Assembly: GCA_963848175.1 (NCBI GenBank)
Contig: CAWKCO010000001.1
Coordinates: 28,676-92,675 of the forward strand
DNA length: 64,000 nt
Direction: 5' to 3'
Source of the DNA: an uncultured Cytophagales bacterium
Lineage (GTDB): Bacteria; Bacteroidota; Bacteroidia; Cytophagales; Cyclobacteriaceae
The notes beneath the pieces are model-generated. The model saw only the letters and a list, made by a program, of their open reading frames with translations. It did no database searches and was not told the DNA's origin. Positions 41,258 through 52,190 of this stretch are shown here, piece by piece. Made by a program: the position numbers and the translations under genes. Position 1 is the first letter of the stretch. Each line of letters opens with the position of its first letter.

Positions 41258-42289
41258 TTACTGTGTCGGTTTCAATTTTTTGTCTACTTCAAGTATCAAT
41301 TCTCTCATAATTTGCTCCCCAGAAGGGTCATCTGCTAGCGCTACTATAATGTATTTGCGCCAAGAAGATCCCCAAATCAATGCGGAATCAGAGTGATAAG
41401 TTCTCCATGAGCCAGATTTACGAAAAACCTTGGCCTGTGGTGCTACTTGGTCGAGTGTGTTTACAAATTTGTGATGAAGTTCTGGATCACCCAAATATGC
41501 AAGCATCTCTTTTGATCGTTCGTAATTTACCAATTGTCCGTATGCCAAGAGGTAATAAAATCGACATACTTGTGTCGCACTCGCTCCATGACTGATGTTC
41601 TTGAGAGGGTCGCCTTGTCTAGGGCCTGATTTTGCGTAGCGTTTGCCTACCCATAGTCCTCCTCCCGTTTCTTCATCATAAAAATCATAGCGAGGGTCTT
41701 GCATCACAGATGCAATTTTGTCTAGTCCTATGCGATCAATCATTCGCGTGGTAGCTTCATTGTTGCTTTTAGCGATCATAAGACGCATGTCTGCTCTTAT
41801 TTCCTCAGTTTCTATCAGCTCACCTTTCTCCATCGCATCACTGGCTGCAAGAAGCACCGCAATCTTTGGTAAGCTGGCGGCATACATCATATGAGAACCA
41901 TTCACTCTAGCAAAGCGCGCATTTTGTGGATCACGCAAATCCACAAGGCCGATGCATAATTTTTTGTTTGCCACCAGATCAGCCCATTTGCTATTCGAGC
42001 CTACAATGCTATCCAGATTGGCTTGAAGGTTCAGATCAAGAAGTTTTCGTAGTGGAAGTATTGTAGAGTCATCCACCATCATTGGTAGTCCAGGAGGCTG
42101 CTCTTCGTTGTGTATCTCACGTTTCAGAGCTACCAAGGCAACATACTTGTTTTTAATCTTTTTTGGAGCATTGGTGAAAATGGCAACCATCGTAAATAGC
42201 CCAAGAAACCCTATGAGGTAGGGTGATCTTCTTAGGTGTGGCATCATCAGATGAAGGCCAATGGCCACTGGGTTTTTCATGTACTTCAT
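41258..42289 (-). CDS. Serine hydrolase, class A beta-lactamase-like fold
   Basis: AASLPK (SxxK), SNN, RKSG; N-terminal membrane anchor. Confidence 0.8.
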   Translation of the reverse strand: MKYMKNPVAIGLHLMMPHLRRSPYLIGFLGLFTMVAIFTNAPKKIKNKYVALVALKREIHNEEQPPGLPMMVDDSTILPLRKLLDLNLQANLDSIVGSNSKWADLVANKKLCIGLVDLRDPQNARFARVNGSHMMYAASLPKIAVLLAASDAMEKGELIETEEIRADMRLMIAKSNNEATTRMIDRIGLDKIASVMQDPRYDFYDEETGGGLWVGKRYAKSGPRQGDPLKNISHGASATQVCRFYYLLAYGQLVNYERSKEMLAYLGDPELHHKFVNTLDQVAPQAKVFRKSGSWRTYHSDSALIWGSSWRKYIIVALADDPSGEQIMRELILEVDKKLKPTQ

Positions 42290-42693
42290 ATTCTAGAAAC
42301 AATAATATTGTCGTCACTAAATTTTAACCAGAACCAGGAGATGCCAGTTGAGTGAATATGAAGAAAATTCATTCCTTTGCTTGCCTATTAAATCACCCAA
42401 TACGTTGGAATTATGGATATGTTTTCAGTAAGCGTATAACATTTTGGGCAGATTTGAGTTAACCCAGTTTTTTAGTGCATGAAGGAGCATAATTTTAGAT
42501 GGAAATGCGTGATTAGAGAATTTAAACTCATTTTTTGGATCGAAAAACGAGACGATCTGATATGCCTTTCTTTTCGCTGTAATTTACCTGTTATTGTCTT
42601 TCATTTTCACAATCCATAGCGCGGTATTGTGCTCATTGAGTGAGATGTTTTAATATTGGCTAGAATTATTATATCAAGGAATTTCAATTCGCT

Positions 42694-45600
42694 ATGAATT
42701 ATAAAATCACATTATTGCTGTTGTTGGTTGCAAGTTTCGCTTGTAATCAAAAAAAGACACTTCCAGAGACACTTTTTACCAAAGTGGAAAGCTCTGAATC
42801 GGGTTTGGATTTTAGTAATGATCTAAACGAAAACGATAGTATGAATTATTTCACTTATCCATATATCTATATGGGAGGAGGAGTGGCTGTGGGCGATGTG
42901 AATGGCGATGGTCTTGAAGACCTTTATTTTACTGCCAATATGAAATCCAATTCTCTGTTTCTAAATAGAGGTGACCTGAAGTTTGAGGAAGTAACGGAAG
43001 CCGCAGGAGTGGGTGGCGATGATCGTTGGATGACAGGCGTGACATTCGTGGATATAAATGCGGATAATAAATTAGACATCTACGTGAGTGTTTCGGGTTT
43101 GAGACCTCCTTTTGAAAATTTATTGTTTGTAAATCAGGGAAACGACGAAAATGGTGTGCCAAAGTTTGAAGAGCAAGGTGAAGCATATGGTATTGCGGAT
43201 CAAGGACATACCACGCAGGCCACATTTTTTGATGCTGATAATGACGGTGACTTGGATTTATTTACTGCCAATTACCCAATCACAAAATTTAATGTTCCAG
43301 CACAATATTATGCGATGAAGATCGAAAATCCTGAGCTAGAGCATTCAAGTCATTTTTACAAAAATGATGGAGGAAAGTTTATCGAATCAACTGAAGCAGC
43401 GGGTATGTTGAGCTATGGACTGAGCCTTTCAGCTACTGCGGGAGATTATAACAATGATGGATTTATAGACTTGTATGTGTCAAACGATTTTGCCTGTCCA
43501 GATTTTTTCTATTTCAACAATGGTGACGGCACTTTTACCGAAAGAGTAAAAGAAGTAACGAATCAAATTCCTTTTTACGGCATGGGAGCCGATGCAGCTG
43601 ATTATAATAACGATGGTCTACTAGACATCATGCAGGTGGACATGGCGCCTGAGAGTCACCGCAGGTCAAAAGAGAATATGGCAGGAATGAATCCAGAGGG
43701 TTTTTATACCATGGTGAATTACGGCTTGCATCATCAGTATATGTTCAATGCGCTGCAACTGAGCAGAGGTATAGATGAGCAGGGGTTGCCAATGTATAGC
43801 GATGCGGCTTGGATTGGTCATGTATCAAAGACCGATTGGAGTTGGGCACCTCTTTTTGCTGATTTTGACAATGATGGGCTTAAAGATTTGTTTGTCTCCA
43901 ATGGAACGAGGAGAGATATAAACAACCGTGATTTTTTCTTTAAGTCTTTGGGATATTTTAGCAATGACGAAGGAGTTAAAACGTTAGCCGATTTAGAAGA
44001 AATGCCATCAGAAGCTATCCCAAATTATGCCTTCAAAAACAATGGAGATTTGACTTTTGATAAAGTAGCCAAGGACTGGGGTTTGGCAGAGCCATCATTT
44101 TCTAATGGAGCGGTGTATGCTGACCTTGACCAAGATGGTGATTTGGAGATTGTCGTGAACAATATTGATACGAAAGCATTTTTGTATAAAAACTGGTCGG
44201 TAGAAAAGGCCGGTGGTAAATTTTTGCAAGTGAAACTCAAAGGTGCGGTGGGCAATCCTTTGGCATTGGGAACTAAAGTGAAAATTGAGACTGCAAGCGG
44301 TATGCAGATGATTGAAACAACCATGACTAGAGGCTTTCAATCTTCGGTGAGCCCATTGGTGCATTTTGGTTTAGGTGCGGATGAAGTGGTGGAGCGCGTG
44401 ACGGTGACATGGCATGATGGAAAAATTTCTGTCATGCAAAATGTTTCAGTGAATCAAGCATTGACTGTGACTTATGCCGATGCAAAACCAGCACAAGAAG
44501 AAGCTAAGGAAGATAATACGCAGTTTTTTGCGGAGACTTCAGCGGATGCATCTCTTGTGTTTGAGCACAGAGAAAATGGCTATAATGATTTCTCTATAGA
44601 GCCACTGCTGCCGCACAAAACTTCCAATTTCGGCCCAGGACTCGCCTCTGGAGATGTGAATGGAGATGGTCTGGCCGATGTGTATTTTGGAGGTGCAGCT
44701 GGACAATCGGGACAGCTTTTTATTCAAGGAAAAGACGGCTCTTTTGTGCCAAGCAAACAGCAAGTGTGGGAAGCGGATGTTAATGCTGAAGATTTGGATG
44801 CAATTTTCTTTGATGCCGAAGGAGACGGTGATTTGGATTTGTATGTAGTGAGTGGCGGTAATGAATTTAAATTCGATGATGTGCTGCTCCGGGACCGATT
44901 GTATATTAACAACGGCAAAGGCAACTTTGCTAAGTCTCAAACTGCACTGCCAGCGATATCGGTGAGTGGAGGTAAGGTGCTTCCTTTCGACTATGACAAA
45001 GATGGAGATCTTGACCTATTCATAGGTGTTCGACTCACGCCAAGTCAATATCCAGTGCCAGCCAATAGCTATCTTTTGCAAAACAACTCGACGAAACAAA
45101 AGGTGAGCTTTGCAGACGTTACCGCTGAGATCATTCCTGCATTGACGAATTTGGGTATGGTCACTGACGCTGTAGCTACAGATTTTGATGGAGACAAAGA
45201 CCTAGACTTGATACTGGTGGGCGAGTGGATGCCGATCACATTTTTAGCGAATGCAGACGGCAAATTTTCCAACGTGACTGAGAAAATGGGATTCGATGAA
45301 AGTACTGGCTGGTGGTTTAGCATCGAGCAGGCAGATATAGATCAGGATGGCGACATGGATTATATCGTCGGCAATCTTGGACTGAACTATAAATATCGAG
45401 CGAGTGCCGAGTCTACATTTGATATTTATTCTACTGATTTTGATAAAAATGGACGTAGAGATATCGTGCTAGGATTTTATCAAAATGGCACACAATTTCC
45501 TGTGCGTGGTAGACAATGCTCGTCAGAGCAGATTCCTGACATCAAAAATAAGTTTAAGAATTACAAAGAGTTTGCAGGAGCAACATTGCAGGACATTTAT

Positions 45601-46014
45601 ACACCAGATATGCTAGAAACGGCCTTGCACTACAAGGTGAAGTCGTTTGCTTCGGTATACTTAGAAAATAAGGGCGCAGAAGGTTTTGTAACCCATCAAT
45701 TACCAAATGAGGCACAGTTATCTCCTATCAATGATATGGTGATTGAAGACTTCAACGCTGATGGAAAGCTGGACGTGCTTATTGCTGGAAACCTATTTGC
45801 AGCGGAAGTGGAAACTCCGAGAGGGGATGCCAGCAGAGGTTTGCTGATGCTTGGAGATGGTGCAGGAGGTTTTAAGCCTTTGGCGTATGCCGAATCAGGA
45901 ATAAACCTGCCGTACGATGCTAAAAAACTGGGGTTGATCGAGGTTGCAGGCAAGAAAAGTGTGGTCGTGGCGAATAACAATGAAAAAAGCCAAATGCTTA
46001 TGCTGCAAGAGTAA
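42694..46014 (+). CDS. VCBS/FG-GAP repeat lipoprotein with ASPIC/UnbV domain (CRTAC1-like)
   Basis: FAC lipobox, many GDVNGDG/DxDxDGDLD repeats, RGFQSS...VHFGLG. Confidence 0.9.
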   Translation: MNYKITLLLLLVASFACNQKKTLPETLFTKVESSESGLDFSNDLNENDSMNYFTYPYIYMGGGVAVGDVNGDGLEDLYFTANMKSNSLFLNRGDLKFEEVTEAAGVGGDDRWMTGVTFVDINADNKLDIYVSVSGLRPPFENLLFVNQGNDENGVPKFEEQGEAYGIADQGHTTQATFFDADNDGDLDLFTANYPITKFNVPAQYYAMKIENPELEHSSHFYKNDGGKFIESTEAAGMLSYGLSLSATAGDYNNDGFIDLYVSNDFACPDFFYFNNGDGTFTERVKEVTNQIPFYGMGADAADYNNDGLLDIMQVDMAPESHRRSKENMAGMNPEGFYTMVNYGLHHQYMFNALQLSRGIDEQGLPMYSDAAWIGHVSKTDWSWAPLFADFDNDGLKDLFVSNGTRRDINNRDFFFKSLGYFSNDEGVKTLADLEEMPSEAIPNYAFKNNGDLTFDKVAKDWGLAEPSFSNGAVYADLDQDGDLEIVVNNIDTKAFLYKNWSVEKAGGKFLQVKLKGAVGNPLALGTKVKIETASGMQMIETTMTRGFQSSVSPLVHFGLGADEVVERVTVTWHDGKISVMQNVSVNQALTVTYADAKPAQEEAKEDNTQFFAETSADASLVFEHRENGYNDFSIEPLLPHKTSNFGPGLASGDVNGDGLADVYFGGAAGQSGQLFIQGKDGSFVPSKQQVWEADVNAEDLDAIFFDAEGDGDLDLYVVSGGNEFKFDDVLLRDRLYINNGKGNFAKSQTALPAISVSGGKVLPFDYDKDGDLDLFIGVRLTPSQYPVPANSYLLQNNSTKQKVSFADVTAEIIPALTNLGMVTDAVATDFDGDKDLDLILVGEWMPITFLANADGKFSNVTEKMGFDESTGWWFSIEQADIDQDGDMDYIVGNLGLNYKYRASAESTFDIYSTDFDKNGRRDIVLGFYQNGTQFPVRGRQCSSEQIPDIKNKFKNYKEFAGATLQDIYTPDMLETALHYKVKSFASVYLENKGAEGFVTHQLPNEAQLSPINDMVIEDFNADGKLDVLIAGNLFAAEVETPRGDASRGLLMLGDGAGGFKPLAYAESGINLPYDAKKLGLIEVAGKKSVVVANNNEKSQMLMLQE

Positions 46015-46122
46015 TAAGGTCTAATTTCTTTTGATTTGCAAAATATCACGCCAATGTGGAATCAGAATGGAATATTTGGAGAGTCATTAATAGTTCATCT
46101 AAATATTCCAATTTTGATAAAA

Positions 46123-47223
46123 ATGCGCAATTCAAGAAGATTTCTGGCTTTGACCCTTATTAGCGGTCTTTTGCTGTTTTCAGCCTGCACTCCCCAACAG
46201 CAGGTAGCCGAGACGACAGCACCAATTATTTACCCATGGAAGCAATATCGTGGAGCCAATGTTCAATGTTGGGCGACTGAGCAGGACGTAAAGAATTTGG
46301 CGGCTTCTGGTGCCAACTTACTGCGATTCAGTATGCCCATTTGTACCCTTATGGATATGGAAGAGCCGTATGCTTTCAATGAGGATGGATTTTCTTTAAT
46401 TAACAATATGTTGAACTGGGGAGAAAAATACGGAATTAGCGTATTGATAGACCCACATAGATACCCAGGCACTGAGCATAAGTGGACAATGTTGGGGAGT
46501 GATCCTTTCTGGAAAGAACAGAAATATCAAAATTTAATCATTGATCTTTTTGATACATTGGCTCAAATAGGCGCAAAACGTGGGGAGGTGCTTGCTGGCT
46601 ATGATCTCCTAAATGAACCAGAAATAAGACCTAATTATATAAAAGACTCAACGCAAGATATCAATCGTCTCTATGCTATGCTCACCGAAGCTATTCGTAA
46701 GAGAGATTCTGTTCACACTATCGTATATGCGCTACCAAGGTATTGGGTTGAGGAGGAGAAAAAAATGTATGGCTATCATGAAGGAATAAAATATTTTGAG
46801 TTGCCTACTGACAATAATATTTGCCTAGAAACTCACACATATATGCCCATGCCGTTTACCCATCAGGGAATATGGGAAGAAAGCCCCTACATAGCTTATC
46901 CTGGAGAGATAGAAGGGGTTTATTGGGATTCTGCACAGTTGGAGTTGGATCAGAAAATATTAATAGAATTCTCTAAGGCTAACCCAGAAGTGCCAATTTT
47001 TGTTGGCGAGTTTAGCTGCCCGAGACAAACAGGTGAGGATGGGATACAATACATCACTGATGTGATCAATATTGCTGAAAAGCATGGCTGGTCGTGGGCA
47101 TATCATGCTTTCAGAGAAAATGAAGTATGGGATGCTGAGATGTCAAGTGAAAGAAAAGATACAGTGAGACGCGAATCTGCTCCTCGTTGGATGCTTTTGA
47201 AATCTTATTTTGCAAAGAACTAA
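46123..47223 (+). CDS. Glycoside hydrolase family 5 lipoprotein
   Basis: LFSAC lipobox (start ATG 46123), RGAN, LIDPH, YDLLNEP acid/base, HTY, VGEFS nucleophile. Confidence 0.85.
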   Translation: MRNSRRFLALTLISGLLLFSACTPQQQVAETTAPIIYPWKQYRGANVQCWATEQDVKNLAASGANLLRFSMPICTLMDMEEPYAFNEDGFSLINNMLNWGEKYGISVLIDPHRYPGTEHKWTMLGSDPFWKEQKYQNLIIDLFDTLAQIGAKRGEVLAGYDLLNEPEIRPNYIKDSTQDINRLYAMLTEAIRKRDSVHTIVYALPRYWVEEEKKMYGYHEGIKYFELPTDNNICLETHTYMPMPFTHQGIWEESPYIAYPGEIEGVYWDSAQLELDQKILIEFSKANPEVPIFVGEFSCPRQTGEDGIQYITDVINIAEKHGWSWAYHAFRENEVWDAEMSSERKDTVRRESAPRWMLLKSYFAKN

Positions 47224-47309
47224 ATTATTGGCTCGTGACCATGCTTTATAGGCTGATCGCGTGAGCATATTTCTAAACTCAAAACAACATTTTTAACCCA
47301 ACCTAAATT

Positions 47310-48317
47310 ATGATTATTGTAGAATCTTTCACTACGGCAGTTATCATGTGTATCATCACGATGCTCTGCTGGGGCTCCTGGGCCAACACCCAAAAACTTT
47401 CAAAGAAGAGCTGGCCGTTTCAGCTTTTTTATTGGGACTATGCTATCGGAGTGGTTTTGTGCGCCCTGATTTTGGCATTCACTATGGGCAGTACAGGTGA
47501 CGCTGGCAGATCCTTCACGGAAGATCTGGCACAAGCTAGTTTCAATTCTATTCTTCTGGCCATCATAGGAGGGATCGTTTTTAACCTTGCCAATATTTTG
47601 CTAGTTGCAGCTATAGACATAGCGGGCATGGCTGTAGCATTTCCTGTAGGTATTGGTATTGCTTTGGTATTGGGTGTAATCACCAATTATATTGGCGCAC
47701 CTTCTGGAAACCCAGTTATTCTGTTCATTGGAGTGGCAGCCGTGGCAGTGGCTATTTTGCTTGACGCAAAGGCTTATAAGAAGCTTTCGGGAGGCCAGTC
47801 CAATGTCTCTAACAAGGGCTTGATTTTGTCTGTAGTGGCAGGTGTGCTAATGGGATTTTTCTACCGCTTTGTGGCCTCTTCCATGTCGCCAGATTTCAAC
47901 AACGAATTGATCACTGGAAAATTGACCCCATACACAGCCATCGTATTTTTCTCTATCGGCTTATTCCTCTCCAATTTCATTTTCAACACCATAGTGATGA
48001 AAAAGCCCTTTTCTGGAAGTCCTGTGGCGTATAAGGATTATTTCAAAAAGGAAAACTTAGGCTTACATTTCGTGGGCATACTAGGCGGGATGATCTGGAA
48101 TCTAGGAATGTCCTTTAGCATCATCGCTTCGGGAGTTGCAGGATTTGCAGTATCTTATGGTTTAGGCCAAGGCGCAACGATGGTGGCTGCATTTTGGGGT
48201 GTTTTTATCTGGAAGGAATTTAAGGAAGCACCAAAAGGCACCAACAAGCTTTTGATTGCAATGTTTGCCTTTTTTATTGTAGGCCTAGTGCTGATCGTAT
48301 ATTCACGAATAGCATAA
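47310..48317 (+). CDS. GRP/ureide-permease-like DMT sugar transporter (candidate ribose uptake)
   Basis: CWGSWANT, FQLFYWDY, GMAVAFPVGIG, SYGLGQGATMVAAFWGVFIWKEF; adjacent to ribokinase. Confidence 0.8.
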   Translation: MIIVESFTTAVIMCIITMLCWGSWANTQKLSKKSWPFQLFYWDYAIGVVLCALILAFTMGSTGDAGRSFTEDLAQASFNSILLAIIGGIVFNLANILLVAAIDIAGMAVAFPVGIGIALVLGVITNYIGAPSGNPVILFIGVAAVAVAILLDAKAYKKLSGGQSNVSNKGLILSVVAGVLMGFFYRFVASSMSPDFNNELITGKLTPYTAIVFFSIGLFLSNFIFNTIVMKKPFSGSPVAYKDYFKKENLGLHFVGILGGMIWNLGMSFSIIASGVAGFAVSYGLGQGATMVAAFWGVFIWKEFKEAPKGTNKLLIAMFAFFIVGLVLIVYSRIA

Positions 48318-48357
48318 GTAAACCATTAACCAATCAGCCGAGAAGACGTACGAGATC

Positions 48358-49275
48358 ATGAGTAAAAAAATTGTAGTTATCGGGAGTTCCAATACGGATA
48401 TGATTTTGCGTTTGCCGCAAATTCCAAGACCAGGGGAAACCCTTTTGGGTGGGCAGTTTTCTAAAGCTGCTGGAGGAAAAGGTGCCAATCAAGCCGTGGC
48501 TGTAGCCCGCGCTGGTGGCGACATTACCTTTATCGCTAAGGTGGGGGATGATGCATTTGGTGATGATGCCGTGGTAAACTTCAAGAAGGAAGGTATTGAC
48601 GTATCGTCGGTTTTTGTGTCGGAAAATCAAGCATCTGGCTTGGCCTTTATTTTTGTGGATGATAGAGGAGAAAATAGTATCGGAGTTGCTGGGGGTGCCA
48701 ATGATGGACTTTCCGTAAAGGATATTGAAGGGGCATCTGCCGTGCTCGGAGAGGCAGAATATGTCCTTTTGCAGTTGGAAACACCCTTGGAAACGGTCAC
48801 TCGTGCGGTTGAAATTGCTAGCAGCGCAGGCAGCATAGTCGTTTTGAATCCAGCTCCAGCTCGTCAATTGCCAAAATCTCTTTTGAGCCAGCTAGACATC
48901 ATTACCCCTAACCAAACGGAAGCAGAGCTGCTCACTGGTGTGGCTATCAACAACAAGTCAACAGCGGAACAAGCCGCCAAATATCTATTAGAGTCTGGGG
49001 TGAAAATAGTCATTATTACGCTCGGAAGTGCTGGGGCGCTAGTCGCCAATGCGGATGAAATCCTACACATTCCATCCTTTGTGGTGAAGGCTGTAGATAC
49101 TACAGCTGCTGGTGATACGTTCAATGGCGCACTCGTGGTAGCGTTAAGCGAGGGAATGGGGCTCAAAGAGTCTGTAAGGTTTGCACAAGCGGCAGCATCT
49201 ATTTCGGTGACAAGGGCAGGCGCCCAACCATCGATCCCAACGCGTGCGGAAATTGACGAAAAATTGAAAGGCTAA
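48358..49275 (+). CDS. rbsK: Ribokinase
   Basis: GSSNTD, PRPGET, GGKGANQAVA, LQLE, LNPAP, DTTAAGDTFNG, GAQPSIP. Confidence 0.93.
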   Translation: MSKKIVVIGSSNTDMILRLPQIPRPGETLLGGQFSKAAGGKGANQAVAVARAGGDITFIAKVGDDAFGDDAVVNFKKEGIDVSSVFVSENQASGLAFIFVDDRGENSIGVAGGANDGLSVKDIEGASAVLGEAEYVLLQLETPLETVTRAVEIASSAGSIVVLNPAPARQLPKSLLSQLDIITPNQTEAELLTGVAINNKSTAEQAAKYLLESGVKIVIITLGSAGALVANADEILHIPSFVVKAVDTTAAGDTFNGALVVALSEGMGLKESVRFAQAAASISVTRAGAQPSIPTRAEIDEKLKG

Positions 49276-49343
49276 ATATGGGGCACGCTATGTAATAATC
49301 GCATGATGATTTTTCATAATGAATGACATTATCAAATAGAAAA

Positions 49344-50963
49344 ATGAAAAATATATTGCTCACGCTAATTTCTGTTTTATCGCTTCTTGGTTGTCAAACG
49401 GCAAGTGAGAAGAGTAGCGAACTAAGCAGACCAAATATTATTTTCATGCTTTCTGATGATCATGCTTATCAAGCAATCAGTGCGTATAGCAATCGTCTGA
49501 TCAAAACGCCGAACATTGATCGACTAGCCAAAGAAGGCATACTTTTTAGCAATGCATCTGTGATGAATTCTATTTGTGCTCCTTCGCGAGCAGTAATACT
49601 GACAGGAAAACACAGTCATATCAATGGGAAGACGGACAATCAATTCCCTTTTGATACAGCTCAAGTGACTTTTCCCCAGTACATGCAGCGAGCTGGTTAT
49701 CAAACTGCAATGTTTGGAAAGTTACATTTTGGCAATAATCCTAAGGGGTTTGATCAGTTTAAAATCTTACCTGGACAAGGTTCTTATTACAACCCTGATT
49801 TTATCACAAAAGACAAAGGAGAAATTCAGACAGAAGGCTATGTCACGGATATTATCACCGATATGACATTGGAATGGTTGGAGAAAGAGCGTAATCCTGA
49901 AAAGCCTTTTTTGCTAATGTATATGCACAAAGCACCGCACAGGGAGTGGTTGCCTGCGCCGAGACATTATAAGGAATACACTAAAAAGACCTTTCCAGAG
50001 CCAGAAACATTGTTTGATGACTACCGTGGGAGAGGCACTGCCGCCAAAAGTGCTGAGATGAATCTTTTGACTCACATGCATTGGGCTGGCGATTCAAAAA
50101 TCTATCCTGAAGTGATGGATGAATTGGGATTGGAGGAGGTTGACGCTTGGGACAAAGCGTCTTTTCATTGGAGTTTTGATCGAATGACGAAAGAGCAACG
50201 GGCTACTTGGGATAGCACTTACATGGATATCAACGAAGATTTCAAAACCCGATTCCCAACAATGAATAACCGAGAAAAAATGCAGTGGCGCTATCAACGC
50301 TACATGCAGGATTACTTGGCGACTGTGACTGGGGTGGATGAAAATGTTGGTCGTTTGCTGGATTATCTGGATGCCAATGGATTAGCAGAAAATACTCTTG
50401 TGATTTACACGTCCGATCAAGGATTTTATCTCGGTGAGCACGGTTGGTTTGATAAGCGCTTCGTGTATGATCAATCATTCAAAACGCCTTTGCTTATGAG
50501 GTGGCCGGGAGTGATCGCTCCCAATAGCACTTCCAATCAGATGGTTCAAAACCTTGATTTTGCTCAGACTATTTTGGATGCCGCACAAATAGAATTACCA
50601 AACGACATGCAAGGCGAGAGCTTGATGCCGCTGCTTACAGGGAATGATGGCGAATGGACAAGAGATGCCGTCTACTATCATTATTACGAATATCCGTCCA
50701 TTCACATGGTGAAGCGCCATTATGCCATTGTATCACGAGAGTTTAAGCTGATACATTTTTATTATGACATAGATGAATGGGAGCTCTATGACCGTAGCAA
50801 CGACCCACATGAGCTCAACAATGTTTATAGCAATCCCGCCTATGCGGAAGTGGTGGAGGAAATGAAAGTGCGACTGGCGAAGCTTCGCACCAAATACGGA
50901 GATTCTGAACTTCTAGACCAAGAATTGATTGACCAATACAATCAAAAAAACTCCGCACATTAG
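49344..50963 (+). CDS. Sulfatase (S1, Cys-type) lipoprotein
   Basis: LLGC lipobox, RPNIIF..SDD, TPNIDRLA, CAPSRAVILTG, GKLH, SDQG..LGEHG. Confidence 0.92.
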   Translation: MKNILLTLISVLSLLGCQTASEKSSELSRPNIIFMLSDDHAYQAISAYSNRLIKTPNIDRLAKEGILFSNASVMNSICAPSRAVILTGKHSHINGKTDNQFPFDTAQVTFPQYMQRAGYQTAMFGKLHFGNNPKGFDQFKILPGQGSYYNPDFITKDKGEIQTEGYVTDIITDMTLEWLEKERNPEKPFLLMYMHKAPHREWLPAPRHYKEYTKKTFPEPETLFDDYRGRGTAAKSAEMNLLTHMHWAGDSKIYPEVMDELGLEEVDAWDKASFHWSFDRMTKEQRATWDSTYMDINEDFKTRFPTMNNREKMQWRYQRYMQDYLATVTGVDENVGRLLDYLDANGLAENTLVIYTSDQGFYLGEHGWFDKRFVYDQSFKTPLLMRWPGVIAPNSTSNQMVQNLDFAQTILDAAQIELPNDMQGESLMPLLTGNDGEWTRDAVYYHYYEYPSIHMVKRHYAIVSREFKLIHFYYDIDEWELYDRSNDPHELNNVYSNPAYAEVVEEMKVRLAKLRTKYGDSELLDQELIDQYNQKNSAH

Positions 50964-51000
50964 ACCATCTTTGCAAACAACTTTTAACAATTGACTAAAG

Positions 51001-52134
51001 ATGAGTATGAAAAACGGTTTTTTGATTTGGTTTGTGGCGATTGGTGCCACTGCACTAATCTCTTGTAATCAGCAGGTTAAAATTTCCAAAGAGGCATTTG
51101 GCACGGCTGATGAGAAAGAAGTCTTTCTTTATAGCATTTCTATAAAAGACGGCCTGGACGCCACAGTGACCAATTACGGCGGCATTATTACCAGCCTCTC
51201 AGTAGCTGATAAAAATGGAGTGAAAGAAGATGTCGTGCTCGGTTACGACAGTCTTTCTGCCTATCAAGCAGATAGCCCATATTTTGGAGCGCTTATCGGA
51301 CGAGTGGGAAATAGAATTGCAGATGGAAAATTTTCCCTTGATGGCAAAGAATACAACCTGCCGAAAAATAACAATGGCAATACCCTGCATGGCGGAACGA
51401 AAGGCTTTGATAAAGTAGTATGGGATGTGGTAGACACCAAAACCACCGACTCCACCGCACAAATAACCCTCAGATATGTAAGTCCGGATGGGGAAGAAGG
51501 TTTCCCCGGCACATTGACTAGCTTGGTGAATTACATCTTTACCAAGGATGCGCTAAAGATCACCTACGAAGCGACTACCGATCAATCTACTGTTGTGAAC
51601 CTCACACAGCATACCTATTTCAATCTTTCTGGAAATGTGAAAGAAGACATTCTCAATCACAAACTACAGCTAAATGCTTCGCAGTTTGTAGAAGTTGGTG
51701 AATTGCTGATCCCTACTGGTGAGCTGCCTTTTGTGAATGGAACGCCAATGGATTTCACAAATGCGAAGAAAATAGGCAAGGACATCAATGAAGATGATGC
51801 CCAATTAACAAATGGAATGGGCTATGATCACTGCTGGGTGCTAGATGGTGGACATACACAAGTGCCGAGAAAAGTAGGCAGCTTGTACCATGCTGGGTCT
51901 GGTCGATTTATGGAAATTTTCACGACAGAGCCTGCGATCCAGTTTTACTCTGGAAATTTTCTGGATGGTTTTTTGACGGGGAAAGGCGGAAAAGTATACG
52001 ATTATCGCTATGGTTTGTGTTTAGAAACGCAACATTTCCCTGATTCACCCAATCAGCCGACATTTCCAAGTATAGTGCTCGATCCAGAACAGACTTATTA
52101 CTCAGAAACGAAATATCAGTTTTCGGTGAAGTAA
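51001..52134 (+). CDS. galM: Aldose 1-epimerase (mutarotase), probable lipoprotein
   Basis: GRVGNRI, LHGG, NLTQHTYFNL, GYDH, QFYSGNFL, CLETQHFPD. Confidence 0.92.
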   Translation: MSMKNGFLIWFVAIGATALISCNQQVKISKEAFGTADEKEVFLYSISIKDGLDATVTNYGGIITSLSVADKNGVKEDVVLGYDSLSAYQADSPYFGALIGRVGNRIADGKFSLDGKEYNLPKNNNGNTLHGGTKGFDKVVWDVVDTKTTDSTAQITLRYVSPDGEEGFPGTLTSLVNYIFTKDALKITYEATTDQSTVVNLTQHTYFNLSGNVKEDILNHKLQLNASQFVEVGELLIPTGELPFVNGTPMDFTNAKKIGKDINEDDAQLTNGMGYDHCWVLDGGHTQVPRKVGSLYHAGSGRFMEIFTTEPAIQFYSGNFLDGFLTGKGGKVYDYRYGLCLETQHFPDSPNQPTFPSIVLDPEQTYYSETKYQFSVK

Positions 52135-52190
52135 AGGGTGAAAGGGCGTGCAGAGCGCTCCTTTTCGATACATTTTTAAGATTCTCAATT

